64,000 nucleotides of DNA from Podarcis pityusensis (Eukaryota), in assembly GCA_964106645.2 (NCBI GenBank), contig OZ067046.1; one strand, written 5' to 3'. The position numbers and the translations under genes were made by a program. The notes beneath the pieces are model-generated. The model saw only the letters and a list, made by a program, of their open reading frames with translations. It ran no database searches and had not been told where the DNA came from. Positions 25,363 through 38,080 of this stretch are shown here, piece after piece. How positions within the stretch are numbered: the stretch's first letter is position 1; each line of letters begins with the position of its first letter.

Positions 25363-27020
25363 GTCCCAGCTCCAGTTCCCTACTTGTAGATTTTGCTGGC
25401 AATCCCTCAGTGCCATCATGTTCTTACAACTGGCTGTACGTGTCTCTGTCACCTAATATGAAGTAGTTCTACTTATCTATAGATCTGACAGTACATCGAA
25501 GACACAAATTTTGAAAACAAAGTGGATGCCCTAGAGCATTCCGTTTACCACAGACTACGTATTCGAGTAATTGGCAAGCTGCTGAGTGTTTTTGTGATGT
25601 TTGGTTTCCAACTTAAAAGGGTGAGGATTGGTGTTTGACATGCAAAGCGCTTGTTAACAAATAGTCTTCTTATGACATTCTGTTCGGTTTTGCATAAACA
25701 AATTTGGCTTGCAGGAAGATGACAGAACATGTGCACTTAATCACTTGGCTTCCTAATATGTTTGATAAGTCTTAATCACTTCCATCTCTCACGGCCACCT
25801 GTTAAGATTAAAGCTGTTTACTTGTTTGGTCCTGTTTGTAATTCTGACTGTAACCAGGACTGAATACTGATTATTCCAATGAAAATTTAGATTGTGTAGC
25901 TGAAACAGAATCTACTTCTTGGAAAGGGCTGAAATTGTAGTTCCTAACTGGAGGGTAAGGACTCAGCAGATGGTCACAGAATCCTTGTTTGCTGGTCACT
26001 GTGATGCAGGCGAATAATCCTGGGACAAAAGTTTTGGAAGAGGATATTATCTGACCCTCTGTATGTAGCTGCACATTAACACATTTGCGGTATAGGAAGC
26101 TAGTAACATTGTACTATATGGTGGTATGATCCATCAGGGCAGTAGCATCTTCGTATTTCTTAATACCTAATTTAGACCTTAAAAAATGCCATGACTGATG
26201 TAGGATTAAGTTTCATATCTCCAGAATAAAGTGCAGCGAATTATTTGTTGACAGTCCCAAGACTTGAGCATTGCACCAAACATATGGGTGTTGTGCTTTA
26301 ATCTTGTCCTCCTGTTGTAACCTTTTCTACTTGTGTGCAGTGAGGGATGGGGCAGAGCAGTGTTTCTCACCTGCTTTCCCAGAGCCAAACATTGCTGCCA
26401 ATTATTGAGAGGGGGGAGGGTTCAGTTGTGGGAAGCTCAAAGTGGGCACAGCAGTGGAGCCAATCTGATGTTCCTCTCCTCTTGATGATGCTTTGTGGTA
26501 GGAAGCCGGCTAGCAATGCTTTGCAGTCTGCACCATCCTGTCAACAACTGGGTGTCTGCCTGTGCAACATTTACAGTATAACCCTTGAAAGCCATCACCA
26601 TAAAGAAATTTAAGAAAATTTGATCTTGGAGGACAATAGACAAGCAAATTCTGCCCATCCATATTGGGGGACAGACACTAGATCTGAGTGTGATTGGGAA
26701 ATGTCCATAACATAGCCCCAAGAATTCATGGTCATTTGTCAGCATGTACTGGTCTAGTAAATCTTGTTACTAATGACAACCATGTTCTTCTCAGAGATTA
26801 GCACACACTCTCTGCAAGGCAGGAAAACTAAGCATGTTCACATTTTCCTCAACCTCTATTATTTGATGTGTGGTTAGATGGCAGTCCACAAGTATCTCTG
26901 TTTCTCCCATCCTCCTCCACCATTTCACTTGGAATTCTAATTTGTCTACAGTTTTGGTTCTCTGGAAGGCTCTTCCTTGCTCGATGTGCAGCAATGTGAT
27001 CTGCTTATACGTTTAGCTTT

Positions 27021-27427
27021 TGTAGTGGTTCTGGGGGTTGCTTGTGCGTAAGCCGGTGCAAGCACCTGGCTGGGTTGCCTGAGTGAACCTTTTCTGTCTG
27101 GACAGCCACTCACCTGTCAGTGGGCGTTTCTTAAACTTCTTCCAGCAAAGAAGCTCTTTGACGCCTAGTCTCCTCCTACTCTCCCTGCATGAAAGCCTTC
27201 TGTGCAAGGAGGGCTTAGGCAGCGGAGGACCTCTACTCTCCCCGCTGGTCCCCGGCAAGGAGTCATGGGACCACCTCGCCGCTTCCCCCATCTGCCCCCC
27301 TTCTCTGCTGGTGCTACGCTGATTCTCTTCCCCAGAAGATGGGCTGCCTCTCTCAATCCCGGGACGCTCTCCGGAATCCCTCTGGATTTTGCTCTCTCCC
27401 TCCGGCACTGATGGCAGTTCCCTGACA
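27021..27427. mobile_element. Solo LTR-like element (407 bp, GC-rich)
   Basis: TGT...ACA termini. 5-bp TSD GCTTT at 27016-27020 and 27428-27432. Sharp GC/CpG contrast with the flanks. Confidence 0.75.
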
Positions 27428-28518
27428 GCTTTTTATTAAACTTTCAGGTTTGAAAGTAAATCTGTGATTGACCACTGTGCAAAAAGAATGCTGGACTGTG
27501 AGGGCCTTTGGTCTGATCAACAGGCTTGGTCCTACACTCTTGGTCGTTGCTAAAGGGGCAAGCCTTGTGCAAGGACATAAAATCTAGCAGAAGCTTTTAG
27601 AAAATGTATTCTGTTTATATTCAGAATAAAGGTAGACGATTGCATGTTTGCATGCTTATCACAGAATCTGCACACATAAAATTGAAACATTAGGGAGAAG
27701 GTTTGGTTAGGATCCTTTACTCTGGCACTGTAATTTTCCGTGGGCAGAGCATTTTTTACATTAGGGAATTCACATAGAATACATCTCTCACTGCACCATG
27801 ACTTTTGCAAACATATCCTGATGAGATCCATATGCAGCTGAGGCTGCAATCCTATGCTTGTTTACCAGAGAGTAAGCTCCACTGAACACACTTGAACTTA
27901 ATTCTCGGTAAACATATGAAGGATTAAGTTGTGGTTTTGTAAAAGGGGCTAACATCCATTTTGTCCCCAGGCCACCACACAGCTATCTTCAGGTTTGCTC
28001 ATTATAGAGTGGTTTAGAGTTTGGATTTGGATTTGGTTTGGCCCAGTATTAATTCGCAGAGTAGGAGAAGGCTGTGACCTTAAAGCAGACATACACAACG
28101 TATGACCCATTAAGCCAAACGGATCCCTCCATCCACATATGTCAACCCAACTGCAACTCAGTTAAATGTATTTTTTTCCTTGGGATTGCAAAAATGAGGG
28201 CTGTCAAGCCCACAGCAGGACAGAGGTGGCATATTGTGTTCCATTTCATGGGTCCCAACTAAAGCAGGCCTGGCTTAAAGGAACACATCAGTAAACTAAT
28301 TGCCATCGAAATGGTTGCAGAACATTACATTCTGTATCACCTCTCTTTGTTACCGTGAACAGCAGATTGGCTTCCTAGATAGTGTAACTGTTCCTTAGGA
28401 TTCCTGTCAAAGGCATAACTCCAATGAACTGGCCTAAATGTTTCAGCATGTGGCAAATGGCTGAATCTTTCAGCAGTGGAGCTAGAGAACCAGGCAGAGG
28501 GCCTTCTTGGTAGTGGTG

Positions 28519-28710
28519 CCCTCCCTTCAGATGTCAAGGAAATAAACAACTATCTTACTTTTGGAAGACATCTGAAGGCAGCCCTGTTTAGGGAAGTTTT
28601 CAATGTTTGATGTTTTATTATGTTTCAATATATGCTGTGAGCCACCCAGAGTGGCTGGGGAAACCCAGCCAGACAGGCGGAGTATAAATAAAATTATTAT
28701 TATTATTATT
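28519..28710 (+). mobile_element. L2-clade LINE 3' end with (ATT)n tail
   Basis: Reverse complement of the element at 63646-63820. A shorter minus-strand copy lies at ~19081-19155. Confidence 0.8.
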
Positions 28711-28725
28711 GGAGTAATAACCATG

Positions 28726-29079
28726 TCTTGAGACGCAGGTGACGCTGTGGGTTAAACTACAGAGCCTAGGACTTGCCAGTCAGAAGATCGGCAGTTCTAA
28801 TCCCCGTGACGGGGTTAGCTCCCGTTGCTCGGTCCCTGCTCCTGCCAACCTAGCAGTTCAAAAGCACGTCAAAGTGCAAGTAGATAAATAGGTACCGCTC
28901 CAGTGGGAAGGTAAACGGCGTTTCCGTGTGCTGCTCTGGTTCGCCAGAAGCAACTTAGTCATACTGGCCACATGACCCGGAAGCTGTACGCCGGCTCCCT
29001 CAGCCAGTAAAGCGAGATGAGCGCCGCAACCCAAGAGTCGGTCACGACTGGACCTAATGGTCAGGGGTCCCTTTACCTT
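28726..29079 (+). mobile_element. Full-length Sauria-type SINE
   Basis: tRNA-like head gacgcaggtgacgctgtgggttaaa. Body ctagcagttc.aaagcacg...gtagataaataggtacc. Tail ctttaccttt. 11-bp TSD TAATAACCATG at 28715-28725 and 29080-29090. Confidence 0.88.
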
Positions 29080-29719
29080 TAATAACCATGAACAGTGATG
29101 CACTGAGATATAAGAGCATAGATATAAGGGAGGACAAGGTCATGGATAGCTTTGAAGAGGCTTGAGCTGGATTCAGCAGTAGAAATGAAGTAGCACTGAT
29201 GTATTAGGAAGACCTTAATTCATATATTTCCAAACAATCCTTATGTTTAATGTGCTTTAGTAAGGAAAGCAAAATTTAATATTTTATTATTTTTAGCATA
29301 GGTCTTTTTTACAAGAGGGGGTTCTTATAAGCAGTTACTCCCCAACACACTTTAATCTTAGAGTTGTTTGCACAATTCAGGGTCTATCCCAGAGGCAAGT
29401 TAATTGAGTTCAAAGTGAAGAAAGCAACCCCCCCCAAAAGAACCCTTGACTCACCTTTCTGATAAGTAGTTGCGTAAACAATAACAGAGTTGTTATCCTG
29501 GTTAGGTAGAGATTGTTTCTCATAGAGAAACAAAGATAATCTGCAAGGGGTTATGACCGAAGAAGTCTGAAATCTCCTGTTTTTCTGATGAACGAACTTG
29601 AGATTGGACTCTTCAAAACTCAGCTACCTTTGCTACCTTAGATATGTACTTTGCATATTGGCTAATTAACCTCCTTACAGTATATACTGGTATCTTGCAC
29701 TGATAATTATGATTATTAG

Positions 29720-30330
29720 TTATAAATTCAATTTAAATACCAGTCTTCACCAAAAAATCCCAGAGTGCTTTACCCAATAAAAACAAAGGAAAACATCAAA
29801 CATAGGAAAATATCAAATTAACAACTATGTTTAAATTCCACTGATACAATCAGCATACTGGGGCAGCACTGGACAAAGCAATTAAGTAGCAGCACTGCAA
29901 ATAGCCATGCTAATTCACTAACCTTGCCCAAAGACTTGTGTCAGCAGCTGACATGCGTATGTGAGTGTGGCATCCTTATCTCCATAGTGAACAAGTTCCA
30001 CAGACAAGGGGGTCACCACCAAGAAGGTCCTATCTTACAATAAATGTTTGCAGAAGGAACCATGAGATGGGCTTCCCCTGTGGACTGCAGGGCAGATAAG
30101 GGGAGAGGTTCTCCGTCAAGTATTTGGGCCCTTAGAGTTAATGTGTTCAATGGAGCCCAGCAGTAAATAGTCAGCCAGTGAAGTTCACATAGCCTTGGTA
30201 TGTTATTTCTTGCCTTATCACTCACAATACATGTGACTGTAGTCTGCAGCAGATTCCTGACTGTCCTGAATTGTATAATAAGGGATGGAAAGGCCAGTCC
30301 CCAAGACTTCTGGAAAGCTAACACCTGTCA
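29720..30330 (-). mobile_element. Old L2-clade LINE fragment
   Basis: Minus-strand remnant IPRLCELHWL (L2 I.P.L..LHWLP motif) and an L2-like 3' end near 29740-29780. Confidence 0.5.
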
Positions 30331-30469
30331 GAATAGGCAATACTGTGGTAAATTTCCTTCCCATCCTGAATCGTTATTGACTTTACCAAAATTTTAAAGG
30401 AGTAAAATTATCCTACTGAAATAAATACGTGTTTTATATTTCTGACACCGACCCCAGGAGAAGAGATGC

Positions 30470-31660
30470 AACATTGCCATTGGGGACTCAGATGGTCTCA
30501 GTGCCTAGGAGTGCCTATTTCCTTCACCAGCTGGTTTGGCCTCTTTTGAGCAGAGATGTCTTAGCAACTCTAGTAACTCACAGACTAGATTACAGTGGTG
30601 CCTCGCAAGACAAAATTAATTTGTTCCGCGAATTTTTTCGTCTAGTGAATTTTTCATCTTGCGAAGCACGAAATCCCATAGGAATGCATTGAAAATCAAT
30701 TAATGCGTTCCTATGGTCAAAAAAAGTCCAAACAAAACCAAATTTGGTACAACAAGAGTTTATTAAGTGCTCTTTAAAGTCACACATACTGTAAAGAGCA
30801 TTTCAAAATTCAAACCCAGAATTTTTTTAAAAAAACAGCAGAGTGGCCCAATGGTCACAGAAAATCATAAAAATGCAGGAAAAAAAACACACAAGCTTCC
30901 AGATTCTTGCAAACCCCTCCCCCACACCAAGTCCTTGAATTCCAAACACCCCAACCCAAAATCCAAAACCCCCCAAAAAAGTTTTAAAAGCTTAACTTGC
31001 CAAATGGCTGCAAAAGAAGTTTTGAAAAAGCTTAAAAAATCACCAAAGTCTTTAAAAACCTCAAAAAAGGCTACTATGTACACTGCGTTCTATGAGTTGC
31101 TCCTCTAAGTCAAGTCGCAACTGTATTAACGGTGTTAAGAAAAAGGAAACAAACTTGCAAGATGTTTTCATCTTGCGAAGCAAGCCCATAGGGAAATTCA
31201 TCTTGCGAAGTAGCTCAAAAAACGGAAAACCCTTTCGTCTAGCGAGTTTTCCGTCTTGCGAGGCATTCGTCTTGCAGGGCACCACTGTACTGCAATGCAC
31301 TCTACATGGAAACTGCCATTGAACAAGATTCAGAAACTATTCTGAAATGCAGGAATCAGATTAGTAGCTGGAGTTCCAGCAGAGTCGGCCCTCTTGATGT
31401 TCCATCACCTTCAGAAGTTTGGGGACTGGTGTTCCAGAAGAAGTTGTTGTCTCTGGCTGTGGATTTGCCTTTCCACAAAGGTTTGTCTGGCCCCGTCATC
31501 ATTTAGTTTTTGTAGTATGCTTAAGGCGCACTTCTTTACTGTGGTATTTGACTGTAATTTGTTCTAAACTGATTTTAATATGGTATTTTAAAATTGTAAC
31601 CTGCCCTAGAACTTCACTTTGATGGGCAGGCAAGAAATCTAATAAATAAATAATGATAGC
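30470..31660 (+). mobile_element. Old L2 LINE fragment split by a Tigger-like MITE
   Basis: LATLVTHRLD|YCNALYM rejoins across the insertion. T-rich 3' UTR and aataaataaataa tail near 31640. Confidence 0.65.
30593..31287. mobile_element. Tigger-like non-autonomous DNA transposon, family C (695 bp)
   Basis: TA|CAGTGGTGCCTCGCAAGAC...GTCTTGCAGGGCACCACTG|TA. Subterminal TCTTGCGAAG repeats. Confidence 0.88.
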
Positions 31661-34600
31661 AATAATAAATATTCTCATTTCTTCTTCTTTTTTTCTGGGT
31701 TCCCTAAAGTCCCTAAAGTATCCTTCATCTTGGACACTGCCACATAGTAAATTTCCTTGATCTTATTGCAGCCCCTCTTTATAACAAATCACTTGGGTGA
31801 TTTTTCTTTCCTTTTAAAAGAAAGAATCTGTTGTCTATAAAAATACTTTCATTCTAATAAGCCACAAAGTTAAAGAGTTCTGCATTCCTAGCACTTTGGG
31901 GTTGTACATCATTGTCTATTTTATCTCCCCGTGACAGTTAAATCTTCAAAAGTACCTGTAAAGTCTCAGGCAGATGTCAGCCTCCTGTTGGTTTGCTACT
32001 AGTGGATGAGAGAGTCACATTATTTCAAAGGATGCTTGGCTAGATTGCTAGTGACTTCTTTAGATCAAATGAATTACAACACCCAATAGGTTGAATATTG
32101 TGAGGAGCTGGAAAAAGAACCAGCACTGGGTTCACAGGGGTCAGAGATTTTAATCATCCTTCCTTCCTTCGTGTTTTTTTTAAGAGGGGGTGGTCAGAAA
32201 TACTGATTCCATCCCACTAAAAACCCAAGGCCCTCAAATCCAACAAAGAAAACATGCTTAATTCCATTGAAATCAATTGGATCAAATGTAACTTAATTTT
32301 TTTTATTATTGTACCTCAAAATATAAATTGGAGTCCTAAGGGGGAAGGTATTACTAAAGCAAGTGTGACTTATTTCCAAATAAGTATACTTAAGTGGCTT
32401 TTTCAAGTTTATTTATTTCCTGAAGACATCCTAAGTATGTAATGCTGTTTCGATTACAGTAACCATACATAGAAGGAACCAGGATTGTATCACAGTTGAA
32501 TTCATTACGTTTGTTTGTTGCTATAATTCAAGATTTCAGTGTTATACTACCATCTGATGTTTCTTTTTAAGACATCTAACTGCCAGTACTTCGCAAATTC
32601 ATGAAAGCTCTCCCCAAACCCAGTTTTCTGAGTCAGAATATATTTCAAGCTTAATAATGAGCTGGAGCTGATTTGGATTATTTATATCTATTTGGTTTGC
32701 AAAATTTGAGCATTATTTGAATGTTCTGGTTTCGTTTCCTCACTGAACATTTTATAAACAAAAGGTTTACATAATGAAATAAGCAAAAAGCCCTTTTCCT
32801 AACCTCACTTATTTCAATCACTTGGCTATCTGTCAACAAAGTGCATCTCTCATATCCTATGTGTGCTTAGAAAAACATCACCCTATTTTTGATGTTTCTT
32901 GGTCTGTTTGGATAGCTGGGTTGTACTGTATTATAAATTTCTTGAAAGCACAGGCCAGTGAGTCTTGCATGTGTAGTGCTGGTATGTTTACTGGTACAGA
33001 TTTCTATTGGTTTACTTGCCACTGAGAACTCGGCTATTGTCTTCAGTGAAAAGCTTTGTGTAGTGTTTTTTCTCTCTCTCTCCTGACAAGAATAAAATAA
33101 AATAAACACCTAACCTATGCAATTAGACAAAGTAAATTTTTCAGTGATTGCAGCAAGAGCTCTATTGCTGCAGTAGATTTTTCTAAATTAGCTAAAAGTG
33201 TAAACAAATACTTTTGTACAGCATTCTCTAAGTATCTAACAAACTTATGCTGTTCTCCGTTACCTTAACCTTTTGTCCATTCATACTTGTTATTGCCTGC
33301 TGTCGTCACCTCACACTATCTCTGATTAGAAAAGCTCTCTTACAGCTTCCTTTCTGGACTGCTCTATTGATCACCTGGCAGGGGGTGTTGAATGTGTGAT
33401 CCAGATGGCCCCGTCTCCTTCACCTCCCATGACCTCCTGCCCAGGAGAATTACCTTGATTTTGCAGATAGACTGTGGTCCCGGTTTGGTATTGTAGTGCT
33501 GGATTGCTGATGCTTCTCTTTCTCCTGTTATCTGATTTAGGATATACTTAAATAAAACAGTCAGAATTCAGGGTGAATATTCTGGATTTCTCTTTTTATC
33601 AGCAAGGATGTAGTATGGGAGTGATGAAATAAAAAGAAGTCTGCTGAAACCCAATCTGTTTGAGTCTGATAAAGAAAATCTGTTTTAACACAATGCGCTA
33701 TATCAGACTCACCACCAGTTTTACAAGAGTTCATGTGCTTCCTTCTCACCTCTCTTTCTCTGGCACAGCCATGAAGATCTAGAAGCCTTTGTTTCCATTT
33801 TAGAGTGCCATCTGAACCCGGCAAACTGTGATGAACCTTCCTTATAGTTTGTTGAAACAAGCCAACTTCAAACAATAGTTTTAAGATAGCTAAGCTTAGG
33901 CACCATTGGGAGGCTGGACATAATGCTAAACTGTGGTTGATCTGAAGTGGGATTGGATGTTTCTGAACACCTTGTGGCTGCACTGAAGGATGGGTAGGGA
34001 ACACATGAGTCCAAAGCTTGCTGCAGTTTGTGGTCATAATGCTAAGCCATGGCTAACTTTACCATTGCATGCAAAACAGCTTCATGTTGAAAACAACCTA
34101 TTCTTATGTAACTGCATAAAACTGAGTTAGACTAAATCTCCATTTCGGGCTATACCACACAGTTTGAATTTTCGCACTCTGTTCAGGAGTTGCATAATTC
34201 TTTCCCACTCCCTATATGTAAACAGGTACATTCAGGATCACTAAGGGTTCATTCACACATAATGCTTTGAGAAATATACAGAAGTGGAAAAGCCATGGCT
34301 AACTAGAGGCAGCTCATAGGCATTGCAAAACCTACTTTTGTTAATTTTGGTTTATTACTTATTTCACAACGTATTTTGGTTTGTGAAAAATACAAACACA
34401 TCCATGATTGATCCTGTATGTCTGGATTAGCCAACATGGTGCCCTCCTGGTGTTGTTGAATTACAGCTTGAATCGGCCCTGGCCATTGGTCAGTGTGATG
34501 TGGGTCTGATAGGATTGCCCTGTTAGATATTTATTCCCATGATGTGTATTTTTTTAAAAAAATATTAAAATGGTTAAACAGATTTTAAGATAATCTGATG

Positions 34601-37481
34601 GGTGCTGATGATTCATTTTTTATAAACCAATATAAGTGTAATTTTTAATTTGTTAGTACTGAGATTTAATTAAAAACCTAGTTTAAAAACCAAACAACAG
34701 ACAATTGTTACAACTGGAATTTTAAAAATCTAGTTTTTAAAAAATTAAATGAATTGTTTATGCACCTTGAAAGTAATATTTTAAATGGGCCTAAGAATGT
34801 AATTTCAAAGTGCTTTGAAAGCACTGAAATTAATGGTACTTACTTACACATAGGGATTGAAATATGAGGGAATATTTTCAGCTCTTTGTAAAGCTCCTTT
34901 GTCAAACCATAACAAAGTAAGCTGCAGAAATATTCAACAACTGTGAAATAATGTTAACTTTTGCTTATGAAAACTGAAAATAACTGGAACCAACATTTTT
35001 TCAAAAATCTCCAGCTCTTATTGTCAGCATTGTGCATTCCTATGGCTGCAGTTGTTGTATCCTGTGCTACCACAACAGATTCTTATTCTGAAGCATCTCG
35101 GTGTACTTCATAAATTGCATGACTGAGCAATCACATTGTCTGCCTGTTTTTTAAACTTAAATACTGGTCACCAGGGGGCCAGGGGTGGTTATAAATATCA
35201 TAGCTCATGCAAAGTGGAGGTTTAAGTCTCCTCTCCCCAACTTCTGTCTCTGTAAAATTTGCTCCCTGGTGTAGTAAAAAGAAGAAGAAGTTATCATTGG
35301 TGTAAAATGGGACCCTAATGCTAATTGCTGCTTGGGAGGATGAATTTCATTTCAGCGCAGCTGCGGCAGGAATTAAGATTGTTACCAAGCTGAGCAACAT
35401 GTAGCAGTGTCCAGAAAAACCCCCACAAAGACTTGCAGTTGATACATACACACAAACACCACTTCCGTTAGTCATAGCAGCATTTCATTAAGCCACTAAT
35501 TAATCCTGAGGGCTATGATTTAGCTGTAAGAGCTAAAATTGTCTGTTGCATGGGATCCTGAGCTAAGCAACAAAAGATTGAGGACACATCTATATGATGG
35601 ATGATCCAAGGCAGGTCAAAGCAGGAATAACGTTTTGTTATCAGATGCCAGTGTCGCCTTCTACCAGCATCTACTGAGTTGCTTGAATCCTAACTTGCGC
35701 ATTCATTGAATGAGGAATTCTCACCTTCATCTTTCCCCTGCAGCCCCTCAGAATTTGGGGGTTGGGAGGATGTTGTGTAAGGGGACTGCAGTGCAGTGGG
35801 TTGTTGGTTGAGATGGTTCCCCCTCATGTGAGTCGAGATCCAAGCCATATTCTTCAAGAGCTACAAATGCTAAGGTTACAAAGGACATTGAGAACAGTGT
35901 TCCTATCAGCCCTAAAGCCACCCCATTAAAGCAAATCTCTTCTCTGTAAACAAAGAATGAAGGGGGTGGGGGGAATCTCAGCACTGGCCTGTCAGCAGTC
36001 ATCTGCTTATGAATCTTTCCAAACTTTCCCCTTGAAATGCAAAAAGCCTCAGAACATTAAAATGTCAACTGGATTAATTAAATGTTTGAGTCCCAACAGC
36101 TCCTGCAGTGTCCAAAGGATGACAGCATGGATTAGTGACATCAAGGGTCACAAGAGATAGTGTCACGTTTCAAACAGATGTGAAATGGGTAAATCGGAGC
36201 GCATGGGACAGCTTTCGGGCTTTGTTAAAAAAAATTTGCTCAAATCCTTTTATTCAGAGTTAATGAGCTAAGGCAGGGTGGTGGGATAGTGGGAAAAGAG
36301 AGAGGCAATCACATTTTACAAGTACACTACTGTTCCCTCACCCTTGGGTCTTCGGGTGACTTTATTCCTACCAGTGTTAAAGCATACATGGCTAATCTAC
36401 TAAGACCCATAAAGTGGTATCACACTGCTTCAAATGTATGGTGTGGGTGTAAAGTGTTCGTGATGTGGCTTCACATCATAAAATGGCTGAGGCCTGGTTC
36501 AAAGATTCTGGAAATCAGACTAAAGGTTTAGTAACGCTGCCATAGTATGAGGGGAACTAATGAAGCATGGTCATTCTAGACAAGAATACCATGATCAGAG
36601 GGACTGACATCCATCCAAACGTTCCAGTGAATAGAGAGGATTCAACATTGTCATATGCCAAACATGGATTATACAGCAGGGCAGCCAAGACAGTTTTATT
36701 TCTGAAACCCAGTGGCTGCCAAAATCAGTTAAATGTGTGGCGCTGAAAATCTAGGGGAACAGTTGTGGTGTAATCAGGGTAACTCCTTTTGATGAACTTT
36801 TTAAAGAACAGTCGTATCACAGCATTATACAACTTCCTTTTGCTTTTGAAAATGTGGGATGAAAGTTCTGTAATATTATCAGCCATGCATGAAAGTGAAA
36901 TGGTATATTGTATGTTTTGCATTTCGTTGTTTGTTTTGCATGATAGCCCTGATTTTTGCGAGGAGGGGGAATACAGTAGGCTACGAGCCACTGAAGGCAT
37001 CTAACTAGAAGTTATGCAGCAGGAGTCACAGCAGGAGCAATCCAGCCGATCTGCTTTTAGTTAAATAAGATACATGAATAGAATGGGTTGAGGTAATTAA
37101 ATTGGATGGTGACACCCAGATGCCTCTAATGATGAACAGCTGTGAGGTCAGGAAAACATACTGTACTTTTGAATACAATTAATGACTATCCATAAAAATG
37201 GCCATAAAGTGACCGTTATAGATGTCCCACCCCGCAGTCAGCACTGTTGTCACCAGCAATATGGGGGTGGGGGTGGATTGTCATATTCATATCTTGTTAA
37301 GCCAACATCAAACAGCTGTACTTTGATGTTGCCCTGCTTGATGCAGAACTTAGTGTTCTTTTGTTCTTAAGTGCGCAGTCACTTTAAAGCATCAATGCCC
37401 TGGCCTTTCTGGCCTCCTTCACACACAGAGACAGTGTCATGGGAATAGTTTCAGTGTGGCACAGTTGCTCATTGCAGGGCT

Positions 37482-37486
<5 letters not shown>

Positions 37487-37521
<35 letters not shown>
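37487..37521. repeat. (TG)17 microsatellite
   Basis: Read directly. Confidence 0.97.
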
Positions 37522-37522
<1 letters not shown>

Positions 37523-37828
37523 TATTATAACCATGTGGACTGTGCCAATTGTGTGGATCTTTCCCATGCAATCTGTAGCCTACTGGGAACGAGGCCCTCA
37601 TTTGTATGAAGTGAACATTAACATTTGACCACAGAAATATGCCTTTGACAGACATACATGCTGTGCTTCTTTGATCTTCTAAGACAGTACGTTCTTTTTC
37701 CTGGGCCACATTTTTTTTAGACCCTGGTCATGGTTTGAAGGCACACAGTACAGCACCATTTCTGATGTGAAGCATGTCTGGATCTGGCCATTGCCTGGAT
37801 AGGAGAACATTGGTAAACCCTGCCTTGA

Positions 37829-38080
<252 letters not shown>

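Noticed and set aside
27013-27411. Four overlapping ORFs up to 131 aa
   Set aside because: They result from high GC content inside a TSD-flanked insert and show no recognisable domain.
30767-31108. Lys-rich, histone-H1-like 113-aa ORF
   Set aside because: It lies in the A-rich interior of a TIR element and has no globular domain.
33561-34037. Longest ORF in the track (158 aa, minus strand)
   Set aside because: No domain similarity. It overlaps degenerate repeat-like sequence and its length is compatible with chance.
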